From the UHGV virus genome UHGV-1520160: DNA of 39,030 nt. One strand, 5' to 3'. Below are positions 24,598-33,902 of the stretch, in pieces (within the stretch, counting starts at the first letter, position 1; each line of letters starts with the position of its first letter). This DNA comes from a virus. Both the position numbers and the translations under genes were made by a program. Below the pieces are notes generated by a model. The model saw only the letters and a program-made list of their open reading frames with translations, was not told the DNA's origin and did no database searches.

Positions 24598-25623
24598 ATG
24601 TCCGTTTACACCACTGCCCAACTGCTGGCGGTCAATGAGAAGAAATTCAAATTCGATCCGCTTTTCCTGCGTATCTTTTTCCGCGAAACCTATCCCTTCA
24701 GTACAGAGAAGGTTTACCTGTCGCAAATTCCTGGCCTGGTCAATATGGCGCTTTACGTCTCGCCGATTGTCTCCGGCAAAGTGATCCGCTCCCGTGGCGG
24801 CAGCACGTCTGAATTCACGCCGGGTTATGTGAAGCCGAAACACGAAGTTAACCCACTGATGACTCTCCGCCGCCTGCCGGATGAGGATCCGCAGAATCTC
24901 GCTGACCCGGTCTATCGCCGTCGCCGCATTATCCTTCAGAACATGAAGGATGAAGAGCTGGCGATTGCTCAGGTCGAAGAGAAACAGGCTGTTTCGGCGG
25001 TGCTCAGCGGTAAATACACCATGACCGGGGAAGCGTTCGAGCCTGTTGAAGTCGATATGGGCCGCAGCGCTGGTAACAACATTGTCCAGGCCGGTGCGGC
25101 TGCATGGTCAACCCGCGACAAAGAAACGTATGACCCGACCGATGACATTGAAGCCTACGCGCTCAACGCCAGCGGTGTGGTCAACATCATTGTGTTCGAT
25201 CCGAAAGGCTGGGCGCTGTTCCGTTCCTTCAAGGCTGTTGAGAAGAAGCTGGATACGCGTCGTGGTTCTAACTCTGAGCTGGAAACTGCCGTGAAAGACC
25301 TGGGTATGGCTGTTTCATACAAGGGGATGTTTGGCGATGTGGCCATCGTGGTGTACTCCGGCCAGTACGTCGAAAACGACGTCAAAAAGAATTATCTGCC
25401 GGACCTGACAATGGTGCTGGGGAATACCCAGGCTCGTGGCCTGCGTACCTATGGCTGCATTCTTGATGCTGATGCCCAGCGCGAAGGTATCAATGCCTCG
25501 ACACGCTACCCGAAAAACTGGGTGCAGTCGGGGGATCCGGCGCGCGAATTCACCATGATTCAGTCAGCTCCGCTGATGCTGCTGCCAGACCCTGACGCAT
25601 TCGTCTCCGTCAAACTGGCATAA
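24598..25623 (+). CDS. E: major capsid protein E
   Basis: 341 aa, near-identical to recalled lambda E (MS.YTTAQLLA.NE.KFKFDPLFLR.FFRE.YPF.TEKVYLSQIPGLVNMALYVSPIVSG). Confidence 0.95.
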   Translation: MSVYTTAQLLAVNEKKFKFDPLFLRIFFRETYPFSTEKVYLSQIPGLVNMALYVSPIVSGKVIRSRGGSTSEFTPGYVKPKHEVNPLMTLRRLPDEDPQNLADPVYRRRRIILQNMKDEELAIAQVEEKQAVSAVLSGKYTMTGEAFEPVEVDMGRSAGNNIVQAGAAAWSTRDKETYDPTDDIEAYALNASGVVNIIVFDPKGWALFRSFKAVEKKLDTRRGSNSELETAVKDLGMAVSYKGMFGDVAIVVYSGQYVENDVKKNYLPDLTMVLGNTQARGLRTYGCILDADAQREGINASTRYPKNWVQSGDPAREFTMIQSAPLMLLPDPDAFVSVKLA

Positions 25624-25668
25624 CTTCCCCCAGTGGCCCTGTCGGGCCACCTTTCTGGAGTATTTCCC

Positions 25669-26085
25669 ATGACAGAAAAAGAAAAGCTGGTCGCCCGCCT
25701 GAATGAACTTGGGACCCAGCTTAACCGCGAGGTCAGTACCAGCGGCACCATTCAGGAACTGACGATGCGTATTGCTGAGCTTGAAGAGGAACTGGATGGC
25801 AATGCCGGGTCAGTTGACGGTGAAAACGGCGTGCAGAATGCTTCCGACAGCACCGACAGCACCGACAGCACCGACAACAATGTTGCTAACGTGGCAAAAG
25901 TAAAAACGGAATCGGCCACAACGGGTGACCTGGTATCAGTAGAAACGCTGGCCACCCTGCATATTGACGCTCTGCATGCCACGCGTAACGAGCCGGTATC
26001 TATCGTAGAGCCTGGTGTGATTATCCGCGTATCTGAACAGGATGCCGACGACTTGATCGCAAAGGGGCTGGCTTTCGAAGTCTGA
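25669..26085 (+). CDS. FI: DNA packaging protein FI
   Basis: ORF 25633..26085 trimmed to the ATG at 25669 (CTGGAG RBS); coiled-coil N-terminus, Ser/Thr/Asp-rich linker with DSTDSTDSTD repeat, conserved C-terminus LHIDALHATRNEPV as in lambda FI. Confidence 0.8.
   Translation: MTEKEKLVARLNELGTQLNREVSTSGTIQELTMRIAELEEELDGNAGSVDGENGVQNASDSTDSTDSTDNNVANVAKVKTESATTGDLVSVETLATLHIDALHATRNEPVSIVEPGVIIRVSEQDADDLIAKGLAFEV
25845..25877 (+). repeat. 9-bp tandem repeat (cgacagcac, about 3.5 copies) encoding a DST-repeat linker in FI
   Basis: ccgacagcaccgacagcaccgacagcaccgacaac read directly. Confidence 0.55.
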
Positions 26086-26095
26086 AGGGGGCCAC

Positions 26096-26449
26096 ATGGC
26101 TGATTTCGATAATCTCTTTGACGAGGCCATGTCGCGAGCTGATAGCGCTATCCGTGGTGTGATGGGCACAGAGGCAAAGGTGATGTCAGGCGCTTTGTCA
26201 GGTGCCACCCTGGTCGGTGTATTCGATGATCCAGAAAATATCGGATATGCCGGTGCCGGGATTCGTGTTGAAGGAACCAGCCCGACCCTGTTTGTGGAAA
26301 CCGCCACTGTCAGGCAGCTGCAGCGTATGGACACGCTGACGATTAACGGTCGGCAATTCTGGGTTGAACGTATTGGTCCGGATGACTGTGGCTCCTGTCA
26401 TATCTGTCTGGGTAACGGCTCTCCACCTGCATCTTCGCGTCGCCGTTAA
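26096..26449 (+). CDS. FII: head completion protein FII
   Basis: 117 aa; MADFDNLFD...VFDDPENI.YAG.G.RVEG.SP.LFV matches recalled lambda FII. Confidence 0.9.
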   Translation: MADFDNLFDEAMSRADSAIRGVMGTEAKVMSGALSGATLVGVFDDPENIGYAGAGIRVEGTSPTLFVETATVRQLQRMDTLTINGRQFWVERIGPDDCGSCHICLGNGSPPASSRRR

Positions 26450-26458
26450 GGAGCACAT

Positions 26459-27013
26459 ATGTCCATAAAAGGCCTTGAACAGGCCATAGAAAACCTTAAC
26501 AGCATCAGCAAAACGGCTGTTCCGCGGGCATCGGCGCAGGCCGTTAACCGCGTGGCAAACCGGGCCGTCAGCCGCAGCGTGGCAGTCGTATCAAAAGATA
26601 CGCGCGTACCGCGAAAACTGGTAAAGCAACGCGCCAGGGTGAAGCGTGCGACGGTCAATAGACCTCGTGCACTTATCCGGGTAAACCGGGGAAATTTACC
26701 GGCCATTAAACTCGGTACCGCAAGCGTGCGACTTTCCCGCAGAAAACGGGACAAGAAAGGGGCCAACAGCGTTCTGCGCATAGGGCCATTTCGTTTTCCG
26801 GGCGGCTTTATCCAGCAACTTAAAAATGGTCGCTGGCATGTCATGAGGCGGACTTCAAAACCTCGTTACCCCATTGAAGTGGTCAGCATCCCGCTGGCAG
26901 CTCCATTAACTACGGCATTTAAAGAAGAACTGCCGAAGCTCATGGAGTCAGATATGCCCAAAGAGCTCCGGGCATCCCTTACCAACCAACTCAGGTTAAT
27001 TCTGACACGATGA
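26459..27013 (+). CDS. Z: tail completion protein Z
   Basis: 184 aa; M.IKGLEQA.ENL..ISKTAVP...QLKNGRWHVM.R matches recalled lambda Z. Confidence 0.85.
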   Translation: MSIKGLEQAIENLNSISKTAVPRASAQAVNRVANRAVSRSVAVVSKDTRVPRKLVKQRARVKRATVNRPRALIRVNRGNLPAIKLGTASVRLSRRKRDKKGANSVLRIGPFRFPGGFIQQLKNGRWHVMRRTSKPRYPIEVVSIPLAAPLTTAFKEELPKLMESDMPKELRASLTNQLRLILTR

Positions 27014-27408
27014 AACACAGCGATATTCGCAAGGTGATTATTGACGCGCTGGAAAGCGCGATTGGTACTGATGTCATTTATTTTGACGGCAGACCTGCAG
27101 TGCTCGAAGAGGGTGATTTTCCCGCTGTTGCCGTCTACCTGACAGATGCGGAATACACAGGGGAAGAACTGGACGCCGATAGCTGGCAGGCCATTCTGCA
27201 TATCGAAGTCTTTCTTGAGGCTCAGGTACCTGATTCTGATCTGGATGACTGGATGGAGACGAGAGTGTATCCGGTTCTCGCAGAGGTTCCGGGGCTTGAA
27301 TCTCTTATCACCACAATGGTTCAGCAGGGCTATGACTACCAGCGCGATGACGATATGGCGCTGTGGAGTTCTGCCGACCTGAAATATTCCATTACTTACG
27401 ACATGTGA
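27010..27408 (+). CDS. U: tail terminator protein U
   Basis: 132 aa; [50 protein letters not shown] matches recalled lambda U. Confidence 0.9.
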   Translation: MKHSDIRKVIIDALESAIGTDVIYFDGRPAVLEEGDFPAVAVYLTDAEYTGEELDADSWQAILHIEVFLEAQVPDSDLDDWMETRVYPVLAEVPGLESLITTMVQQGYDYQRDDDMALWSSADLKYSITYDM

Positions 27409-27415
27409 GGACCCT

Positions 27416-28153
27416 ATGGCCACACCAAACCCGCTGGCACCAACAAAAGGTGCTGGTACCACCCTCTGGGTTTACACCGGAACTGGTGATCCATACGCCA
27501 ATCCGCTTTCAGACGTTGACTGGCTGCGCCTGGCAAAGATTAAAGACCTGCAGCCCGGAGAACTGACAGCTGAATCGGAAGATGACACCTACATCGATGA
27601 TGAGAATGCCGACTGGACATCAACGATGCAGGGGCAGAAATCAGCCGGTGAAACAAACCTGACGCTCGCATGGATGCCGGAGGATTCCGGTCAGCAGGAC
27701 CTGGTGAACTGGTTCGATGAAGGCACCGTGAAGGGGTATAAAATCAAATATCCGAATGGTGTTGTCGATGTCTTTAAGGGCTGGGTGAGCAGTCTCGGCA
27801 AGACCATCTCGTCTAAAGAGGTCATGACCCGCACGGCAAAAATCACCAACAATGGCAAACCATCGCTGGCCGAAGACAGTGGTACCGCGCCGATTGCCGT
27901 TACGGGGATCAGCCTGGATAAATCCACGGCGGCTGTGGCTGTCGCGGCCACGAAGCAACTGGTTGTTTCTGTCCTGCCAGCAAGTGCTTCAGATAAGTCT
28001 TTCCGCGTAGCCAGTTCTGATCCGTCAAAAGCAACGGTCACCGTCAGCGGCAATACCCTGACTGTTACCGGCGTGGCGGCAGGCACCGTCGAGATCATCG
28101 TAATGAGCAATGACGGTAACTTTGTGGCGATCTGCAAAGTCACTGTTTCCTGA
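27416..28153 (+). CDS. V: major tail protein V
   Basis: 245 aa; [39 protein letters not shown] matches recalled lambda V. Confidence 0.9.
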   Translation: MATPNPLAPTKGAGTTLWVYTGTGDPYANPLSDVDWLRLAKIKDLQPGELTAESEDDTYIDDENADWTSTMQGQKSAGETNLTLAWMPEDSGQQDLVNWFDEGTVKGYKIKYPNGVVDVFKGWVSSLGKTISSKEVMTRTAKITNNGKPSLAEDSGTAPIAVTGISLDKSTAAVAVAATKQLVVSVLPASASDKSFRVASSDPSKATVTVSGNTLTVTGVAAGTVEIIVMSNDGNFVAICKVTVS

Positions 28154-28189
28154 TAACCGGGGCGAAAGCCCCGTTCCCCCGGAGTAATT

Positions 28190-28941
28190 ATGTTTCTAAA
28201 GAGCGAGCTGCTTGAAAGTAACGGCAGCAGCGTCACATTGTTCCAGCTGTCGGCGCTGCAGCGTATTGAATACCTCGAATACCTGAAACAACTTGAGGCG
28301 GTTGAAGCTGGTGATTTTCAGGCTGCCATTACCCTTACCGTGAAGAGTGGAGCATATCTGGTGGCAATGTCACTCTGGCATGGCCACGCGCTTAAAGGAT
28401 CGCAGGGAGAAAACGCGGCGGCGGAAGTGGAGCAGATTCAGGATGAGGTCATGCAGACATGGCCGACCGAACTTGTTGCCGAAGCCGAATATAAGGTGAA
28501 ACTCCTGTCCGGGATGATTGCGCCGGTCACTGATGACCAGGCTGAGCCCGGTGAAGAACGTAATGAACCCGCTGAACCTGTTACTGCGGAAAAGCCCTCG
28601 CCAGTGAGCTGAAGTTTGCCATGAAACTGGCGCGTGAGTTCGGTCGCCCGGACTGGCGTGCCATGCTTGCTGGCATGTCCTCAACGGAATACGGCGACTG
28701 GAAAATCTTCTACCAGGACAATTACTTTCATGATGCGCAGCTGGACGCACATTTCTCCGGCTTGCTCTACACCATCTCAACCCTGTTTTTTGCCGATCCG
28801 GAGTTAACCCCGGACAGTTTCAGCATTCTTTCCTCTGCACCGGAAGCCATCGACATCGATGATCCGGATGACGATACGCTGATGGCGAAGGCTGCAGGTA
28901 TTTCAGGAGGCGTGCGCTATGGCCCAGACGGCAGTCGGTGA
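28190..28941 (+). CDS. G: tail assembly chaperones G (28190..28612) and GT fusion via programmed -1 frameshift (T segment open from about 28576 to 28941)
   Basis: G: MFLK.E...NG..VTL.ELSALQRIE.L...K; -1 frame continues ...KFAMKLAREFGRPDWRAMLAGMSSTEY.DW matching recalled lambda gpGT. Candidate slip site gcG GAA AAG cc at 28588..28594. Confidence 0.85.
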
Positions 28942-31435
28942 TCTGGTCGTTAACCTTGACGTTAACTCGACAAAATTCAACGAGCAGCTCAGCTACGTCA
29001 AAAAAGAATTAAAACAGACCGGCAATACGGCAAACGATGAAGCGTTACGTATCCAGCAGTCCTTCAGCCGCCAGGAGAACGCCGCGCGTAAGGCCGGTAT
29101 TTCAGTGGGTCAGTATAACGCAGCGATGCGTATGCTCCCGGCGCAGTTTACTGACGTGGCCACGCAGCTGGCGGGTGGGCAGAACCCCTGGCTGATTCTG
29201 CTTCAGCAGGGCGGTCAGGTTAAGGACTCCTTTGGCGGGATCATTCCGACATTCCGGGCGTTGCTGGGGACGATTTCCCCGTTGATGGTCGGCATTGGTG
29301 CATTGTCCGTTGCAACGGGCGCGTTGTTCTATGCCTGGTACCAGGGCTCTTCCACTCTGTCTGATTTCAACAAAACGCTGGTACTGTCGGGGAACACAGC
29401 CGGACTGACAGCTGACCGCATGCTGGCACTGGCGCGGAACGGACAGGCAGCGGGGCTAACGTTCAACCAGACCAGTGAAGCCCTGACCGAGCTTATCAAT
29501 GCAGGTGTGCGTACTGGCTCGCGCTTTGATGAAATGAGCCAGGCGGTGGCGCGGTTTACTGATGCCTCCGGCGTGCCGGTGGAGAAAGTCGCTGCAGCCT
29601 ACGGCAAGCTCGCAACTGACCCGACATCGGGCCTGATCGCGATGGCCCAGCAGTTCCATAACGTTACCGCAGAACAGATTGCCCATGTGGCGCAGCTGCA
29701 GCGTGCCGGTGATGAGGCTGGCGCACTGCAGGCGGCTAACGAGGCGGCTACAGCCGGATTCAACGATCAGACCAAAGCCATCCGCGACAATATGGGGACG
29801 ATAGAGTCTTCAGCGGACTCCCTGAAGCGCGCCTTCAAGTCGATGTGGGATGCAGCCCTCGATATTGGCCGACCTGACACCGCGCAGGAGATGGTGGCAA
29901 AAGCCGAAGCCGCGTTCAAAAAAGCTGATGAAATCTGGAACCTGCGTAAAGGTGACCGATATGTCAATGATGAGGCTCGCGCCCGATTCTGGAATGACCG
30001 CGAAACGGCCAGGCTTGCGCTGGATATGGCGCAGCAGCAGGCGGGAATTGCCAGGGCGAACGAAGAGAATGCATCGCGCGAAGCGGCTGCGGAATCGGAT
30101 CGCCAGAAGTATGCTGCGCAGGCACAGGCAAACTATGCCAAAACGCAGACGGCACTGGAGAAATACACGGCCAGGCAGAGCGAGCTCAACAAGGCGCTGA
30201 AAGAGGGGCGGATCCTCCAGGCTGACTACAACATCAACCTGGCTGCCGCGAAAAAAGAGTACGAAGACACCCTTAAAAAGCCGAAGAAGACCCCGGCAAT
30301 CAGAACCCCCGCAGGTGCCCGTGCCACCGATACGGCCAGTGCCCAGACGCTGGAGCTACAGACACAGCTGCGCACCCTGCAGGAGCATAAGAGCATCAAT
30401 GACACCATCAGCCAGCAGCGTCAGGAGCTGTGGCGTCAGCAGTCCCGCTTTACGGTTCTGGAAGAGGCCGCGAAGACCCGAACGCTTTCTGCTGAGGAAA
30501 AATCCCTGCTGGCCAGTAAAAGTGAGGTGCTTTCCCGTGCGGAGCTGAATGCGAAGCTCGGCGATCAGATAGTGGCGCAGGAGCGGCTTAATCGCCTGCA
30601 GGATACGTCCCAAAAATACGTCACGCAGATCGGCGAGAAAACCCGAGCCCTTGCGGAAAGTGCTGGTATGAGCAGTCGTGCAGCACAACGTCGCAATGAA
30701 GAGGCCCAGCTTCTTCAGGGCTGGAAAAATGGTGGTGGTTCGGAGAACGATGCTGGTTATCAGAATGAGCTGCAGGCGCTGCAGGCGTATTACGCCGAGC
30801 AGGATAAGCTGCGGGACGACTGGCAGTCCGGAGCCAAATCCGCATGGGCAGATTATGTTGATTCTGCTTCAGATGCTTATGGCCAGATAAAGTCGGCTGC
30901 CACCAGTGCGTTTGATGGCATCGGGCAAAATATGGCTGACATGCTGACGCGCGGAAAGGCTGACTGGGCTGACTTCACCCGCTCCACGCTCTCCATGCTG
31001 ACACAGATCCTGCTGAAACAGGCGATGGTAGGCCTGGTGGATTCAGCGACAACCGCGCTGGGATTTGCAGGTGGCGGTTATACCGGTTCAGGCGGGAAAT
31101 ATGAACCTGCAGGTGTCGTTCACCGTGGTGAATTTGTTTTCACCAAAGAGGCTACCAGCCGGATCGGCGTCGGCAATCTTTACCGGATGATGAAAGGGTA
31201 TGCCACGGGTGGGTATGTCGGGGGCGGTGGTACAGGCCCGGCTGCAGCACCTTTCGGTGTCAGTGTATATGCCCCGGTGACGGTCGAGAATGCTTCCGGT
31301 AACGCACAGCAGCAAAACGACGGAGACAGGCTGGGTAAGGCGTATCAGCAGGTGATTAACAAATCTGTCAACGATGGTATCGCCAGGGCAATCCAGCCCG
31401 GTGGGCTTATCTGGAATGCGACCAATCGCAGGTAA
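28919..31435 (+). CDS. H: tail tape measure protein H
   Basis: 838 aa; GISVGQYNAAMRMLPAQFTDVATQLAGGQNPWLILLQQGGQVKDSFGG and C-terminal KYEPAGVVHRGEFVFTKEATSRIGVGNLYRMMKGYATGGYVG match recalled lambda H. Confidence 0.9.
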   Translation: MAQTAVGDLVVNLDVNSTKFNEQLSYVKKELKQTGNTANDEALRIQQSFSRQENAARKAGISVGQYNAAMRMLPAQFTDVATQLAGGQNPWLILLQQGGQVKDSFGGIIPTFRALLGTISPLMVGIGALSVATGALFYAWYQGSSTLSDFNKTLVLSGNTAGLTADRMLALARNGQAAGLTFNQTSEALTELINAGVRTGSRFDEMSQAVARFTDASGVPVEKVAAAYGKLATDPTSGLIAMAQQFHNVTAEQIAHVAQLQRAGDEAGALQAANEAATAGFNDQTKAIRDNMGTIESSADSLKRAFKSMWDAALDIGRPDTAQEMVAKAEAAFKKADEIWNLRKGDRYVNDEARARFWNDRETARLALDMAQQQAGIARANEENASREAAAESDRQKYAAQAQANYAKTQTALEKYTARQSELNKALKEGRILQADYNINLAAAKKEYEDTLKKPKKTPAIRTPAGARATDTASAQTLELQTQLRTLQEHKSINDTISQQRQELWRQQSRFTVLEEAAKTRTLSAEEKSLLASKSEVLSRAELNAKLGDQIVAQERLNRLQDTSQKYVTQIGEKTRALAESAGMSSRAAQRRNEEAQLLQGWKNGGGSENDAGYQNELQALQAYYAEQDKLRDDWQSGAKSAWADYVDSASDAYGQIKSAATSAFDGIGQNMADMLTRGKADWADFTRSTLSMLTQILLKQAMVGLVDSATTALGFAGGGYTGSGGKYEPAGVVHRGEFVFTKEATSRIGVGNLYRMMKGYATGGYVGGGGTGPAAAPFGVSVYAPVTVENASGNAQQQNDGDRLGKAYQQVINKSVNDGIARAIQPGGLIWNATNRR

Positions 31436-31440
31436 CAGTT

Positions 31441-31788
31441 ATGACGATAGAAACATTCCCCTGGGGCATTAAGGTTTCCAGCCAGCCCACCGAGGGAAGC
31501 AAAGACACAGTCAGGAAGGTCCAGTTCGGCGACGGGTACGCACAGGTGAGCGGCTCCGGCCTGAATGATGAGATTCGTACCTATGAATATTCCTTTTCAG
31601 GGGATCCGACTACAGCGAATGAAATTCACGCTTTCCTTCGGCGGCATAAAGTGAAGTCGTTTATTTTCACACCGCCTTTCGGCGATACCGCGCTGTGGCG
31701 TGTCGAGGCTGACACGCTCAAAAAGGTGGTTAAAAACGTAAAAGTGATAACCGTAACCGCAACGTTTGAACAGGCATTTGCACCATGA
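31441..31788 (+). CDS. M: minor tail protein M
   Basis: 115 aa; RKV.FGDGY.Q core and position after H, as lambda M. Confidence 0.8.
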   Translation: MTIETFPWGIKVSSQPTEGSKDTVRKVQFGDGYAQVSGSGLNDEIRTYEYSFSGDPTTANEIHAFLRRHKVKSFIFTPPFGDTALWRVEADTLKKVVKNVKVITVTATFEQAFAP

Positions 31789-32540
31789 GTCTTAATGCTG
31801 ATTATCAAAAACTCGAGCCGGGCAATGAAGTCCGGCTTTTTTCTGTCGATGGCACAGCGTTCGGTATGTCAGATGTACTCCGCTTCCACGCACATAATAT
31901 CGCGCATACCCCGGAAGAGATTGAGGCTGCAGGCGGGGATGAGAATAAACTTCCGGCGAAGTCCATCTGGTGGCAGGGGGAGGAGTATAAAGCCTGGCCG
32001 TGTCAGGTTGAGGGTATTGAAGCGACTACGGACGGTACCAGTCCACAGCCAAAACTGAGTGTGGCGAACCTGGACAGCTCGATCTCAGCGCTCTGTCTGG
32101 CGTATGACGATCTGCTGCAGGCGAAAGTGAGTATCCACGACACGCTGGCACAGTATCTGGACGCCAGAAATTTTCCGCAGGGCAATCCCACTGCAGACCC
32201 GTCACAGGAAAAGCTGAAGGTCTTTTATATCGATGCCAGAAGCACCGAGACGGATGAATCTGTTGAATTTACGCTTTCCAGTCCGATGGATTTACAGGGC
32301 CAGATGATACCCACGCGGCAGCTGCATTCGTTATGCAGCTGGTGCATCCGGAACAAGTACCGGACCGGCGACGGCTGCGACTATGCCGGAACGCGCTATT
32401 TCGACAAAAACAATAATCCGGTTGACGATCCATCGCTGGATGTCTGCAACGGCACGCTGACGGCCTGCAAGCTCCGGCACGGAGACAGCAACGAGCTGCC
32501 GTTTGGCGGTTTCCCCGGTACATCTCTTATCAGGAGCTGA
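31785..32540 (+). CDS. L: minor tail protein L
   Basis: 251 aa; position and Cys-rich C-terminus (CSWCIRNKYRTGDGCDYAG...CNGTLTACKLRHG) as in lambda L. Confidence 0.8.
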   Translation: MSLNADYQKLEPGNEVRLFSVDGTAFGMSDVLRFHAHNIAHTPEEIEAAGGDENKLPAKSIWWQGEEYKAWPCQVEGIEATTDGTSPQPKLSVANLDSSISALCLAYDDLLQAKVSIHDTLAQYLDARNFPQGNPTADPSQEKLKVFYIDARSTETDESVEFTLSSPMDLQGQMIPTRQLHSLCSWCIRNKYRTGDGCDYAGTRYFDKNNNPVDDPSLDVCNGTLTACKLRHGDSNELPFGGFPGTSLIRS

Positions 32541-32541
32541 T

Positions 32542-33276
32542 ATGCGCCAGAAAACCATTGATGCCATCATGGCACACGCTGCAGCGGAATATCCGCGAGA
32601 GTGCTGCGGCGTGGTGGCACAGAAAAGCCGGGTTGAGCGCTATTTTCCCTGTCGTAATCTCGCAGCAGAGCCGACTGAACATTTTCACCTGTCCCCCGAA
32701 GATTACGCAGCGGCAGAAGACTGGGGGACGGTGGTGGCCATTGTTCACAGCCATCCTGATGCGACGACGCAGGCCAGCGAGCTGGATAAGGCGCAGTGTG
32801 ATGCAACGCTGCTGCCCTGGCATATTGTGAGCTGGCCAGAGGGGGATTTACGTACCATTCAGCCACGCGGGGAGCTGCCATTGCTGGAGCGTCCGTTCGT
32901 GCTTGGCCACTTCGATTGCTGGGGTCTGGTAATGAGCTATTTCCGGCAGACCCACTGTATCGAGCTCCATGATTACCGCGTCGATTATCCCTGGTGGGAG
33001 AACAGCTATCCGGACAACTTCTATCAGGACTGCTGGTACGAGTGCGGATTCAGGGAGTTTGACGGCCCGCCTCAGGAAGGCGATCTGGTCATCATGCAGG
33101 TGCAGGCCGATAAGTGGAATCATGCCGGGATTTTACTGGAGGGTAACATGCTGCTGCACCATCTTTACGGGCATCTGAGTCAGCGTGTTCCTTATGGCGG
33201 ATACTGGCAGGAGCGCACGATGAAAATCGTTCGCTATAAAGATTTAAGGGGGAATGAATCATGCAGGAAGTCATGA
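32542..33276 (+). CDS. K: tail assembly protein K (JAB/MPN plus NlpC/P60-like)
   Basis: ORF trimmed to the ATG at 32542 (CAGGAG RBS); HSHPD metal-binding motif of JAB/MPN and downstream Cys/His peptidase-like region, as lambda K. Confidence 0.8.
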   Translation: MRQKTIDAIMAHAAAEYPRECCGVVAQKSRVERYFPCRNLAAEPTEHFHLSPEDYAAAEDWGTVVAIVHSHPDATTQASELDKAQCDATLLPWHIVSWPEGDLRTIQPRGELPLLERPFVLGHFDCWGLVMSYFRQTHCIELHDYRVDYPWWENSYPDNFYQDCWYECGFREFDGPPQEGDLVIMQVQADKWNHAGILLEGNMLLHHLYGHLSQRVPYGGYWQERTMKIVRYKDLRGNESCRKS

Positions 33277-33851
33277 GCCGCATTGAGCTTGGCGGCGTGC
33301 TCGGCAAAACGTTCGGTAAAGTTCACCACCGCCTGATTTCCCGCGTTAACGAGGCGAGTGTTGCGCTGGCAAAGACGGTTCCGGGATTTGAGCAGTTTAT
33401 GATCTCCAGCCAGCGCCGTGGGCTCACTTATTCCGTATTCAAAGGGAAAAAGAATATTGGTGTTGATGACCTTGGCTTCCCGGTCACCGGCGATGTTATC
33501 CGCATTGTCCCGGTCATTATCGGGAGTAAAAAAGCGGGTGTACTACAGACTATTTTAGGTGCGGTTCTGGTTGCTGTCGGTGTGGTTCTTAATTTCACGC
33601 CCTGGGCTGCGGCTTCACCATTCTTCTACAAACTTGGTGCCGCAGTCATGCTGGGCGGCGTTGTCCAGATGCTTTCCCCTCAACCAGCAGGTCTGGCCAG
33701 CAAACAAAGCTCTGATAACCGCGCCTCCTACGCGTTTGGCGGGGTCACAAACACCGCTGCGCAGGGCTACCCGGTACCACTTCTTTATGGTCGCCGGCGA
33801 ATCGGCGGTGCGATTATTTCTGCCGGGATATATGTCGAAGATCAGCAGTAA
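33261..33851 (+). CDS. I: tail assembly protein I
   Basis: 196 aa; position between K and J; hydrophobic C-terminal half as in lambda I. Confidence 0.8.
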   Translation: MQEVMSRIELGGVLGKTFGKVHHRLISRVNEASVALAKTVPGFEQFMISSQRRGLTYSVFKGKKNIGVDDLGFPVTGDVIRIVPVIIGSKKAGVLQTILGAVLVAVGVVLNFTPWAAASPFFYKLGAAVMLGGVVQMLSPQPAGLASKQSSDNRASYAFGGVTNTAAQGYPVPLLYGRRRIGGAIISAGIYVEDQQ

Positions 33852-33867
33852 ATAAAACCTTCTTTCA

Positions 33868-33891
33868 GGCCACCTCAGGGTGGCTTTTTTT
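33868..33891 (+). terminator. hairpin plus T-run between I and J (terminator/attenuator-like)
   Basis: gccacc-tcag-ggtggc followed by ttttttt. Confidence 0.45.
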
Positions 33892-33902
33892 ATGGGCGCA
33901 AT

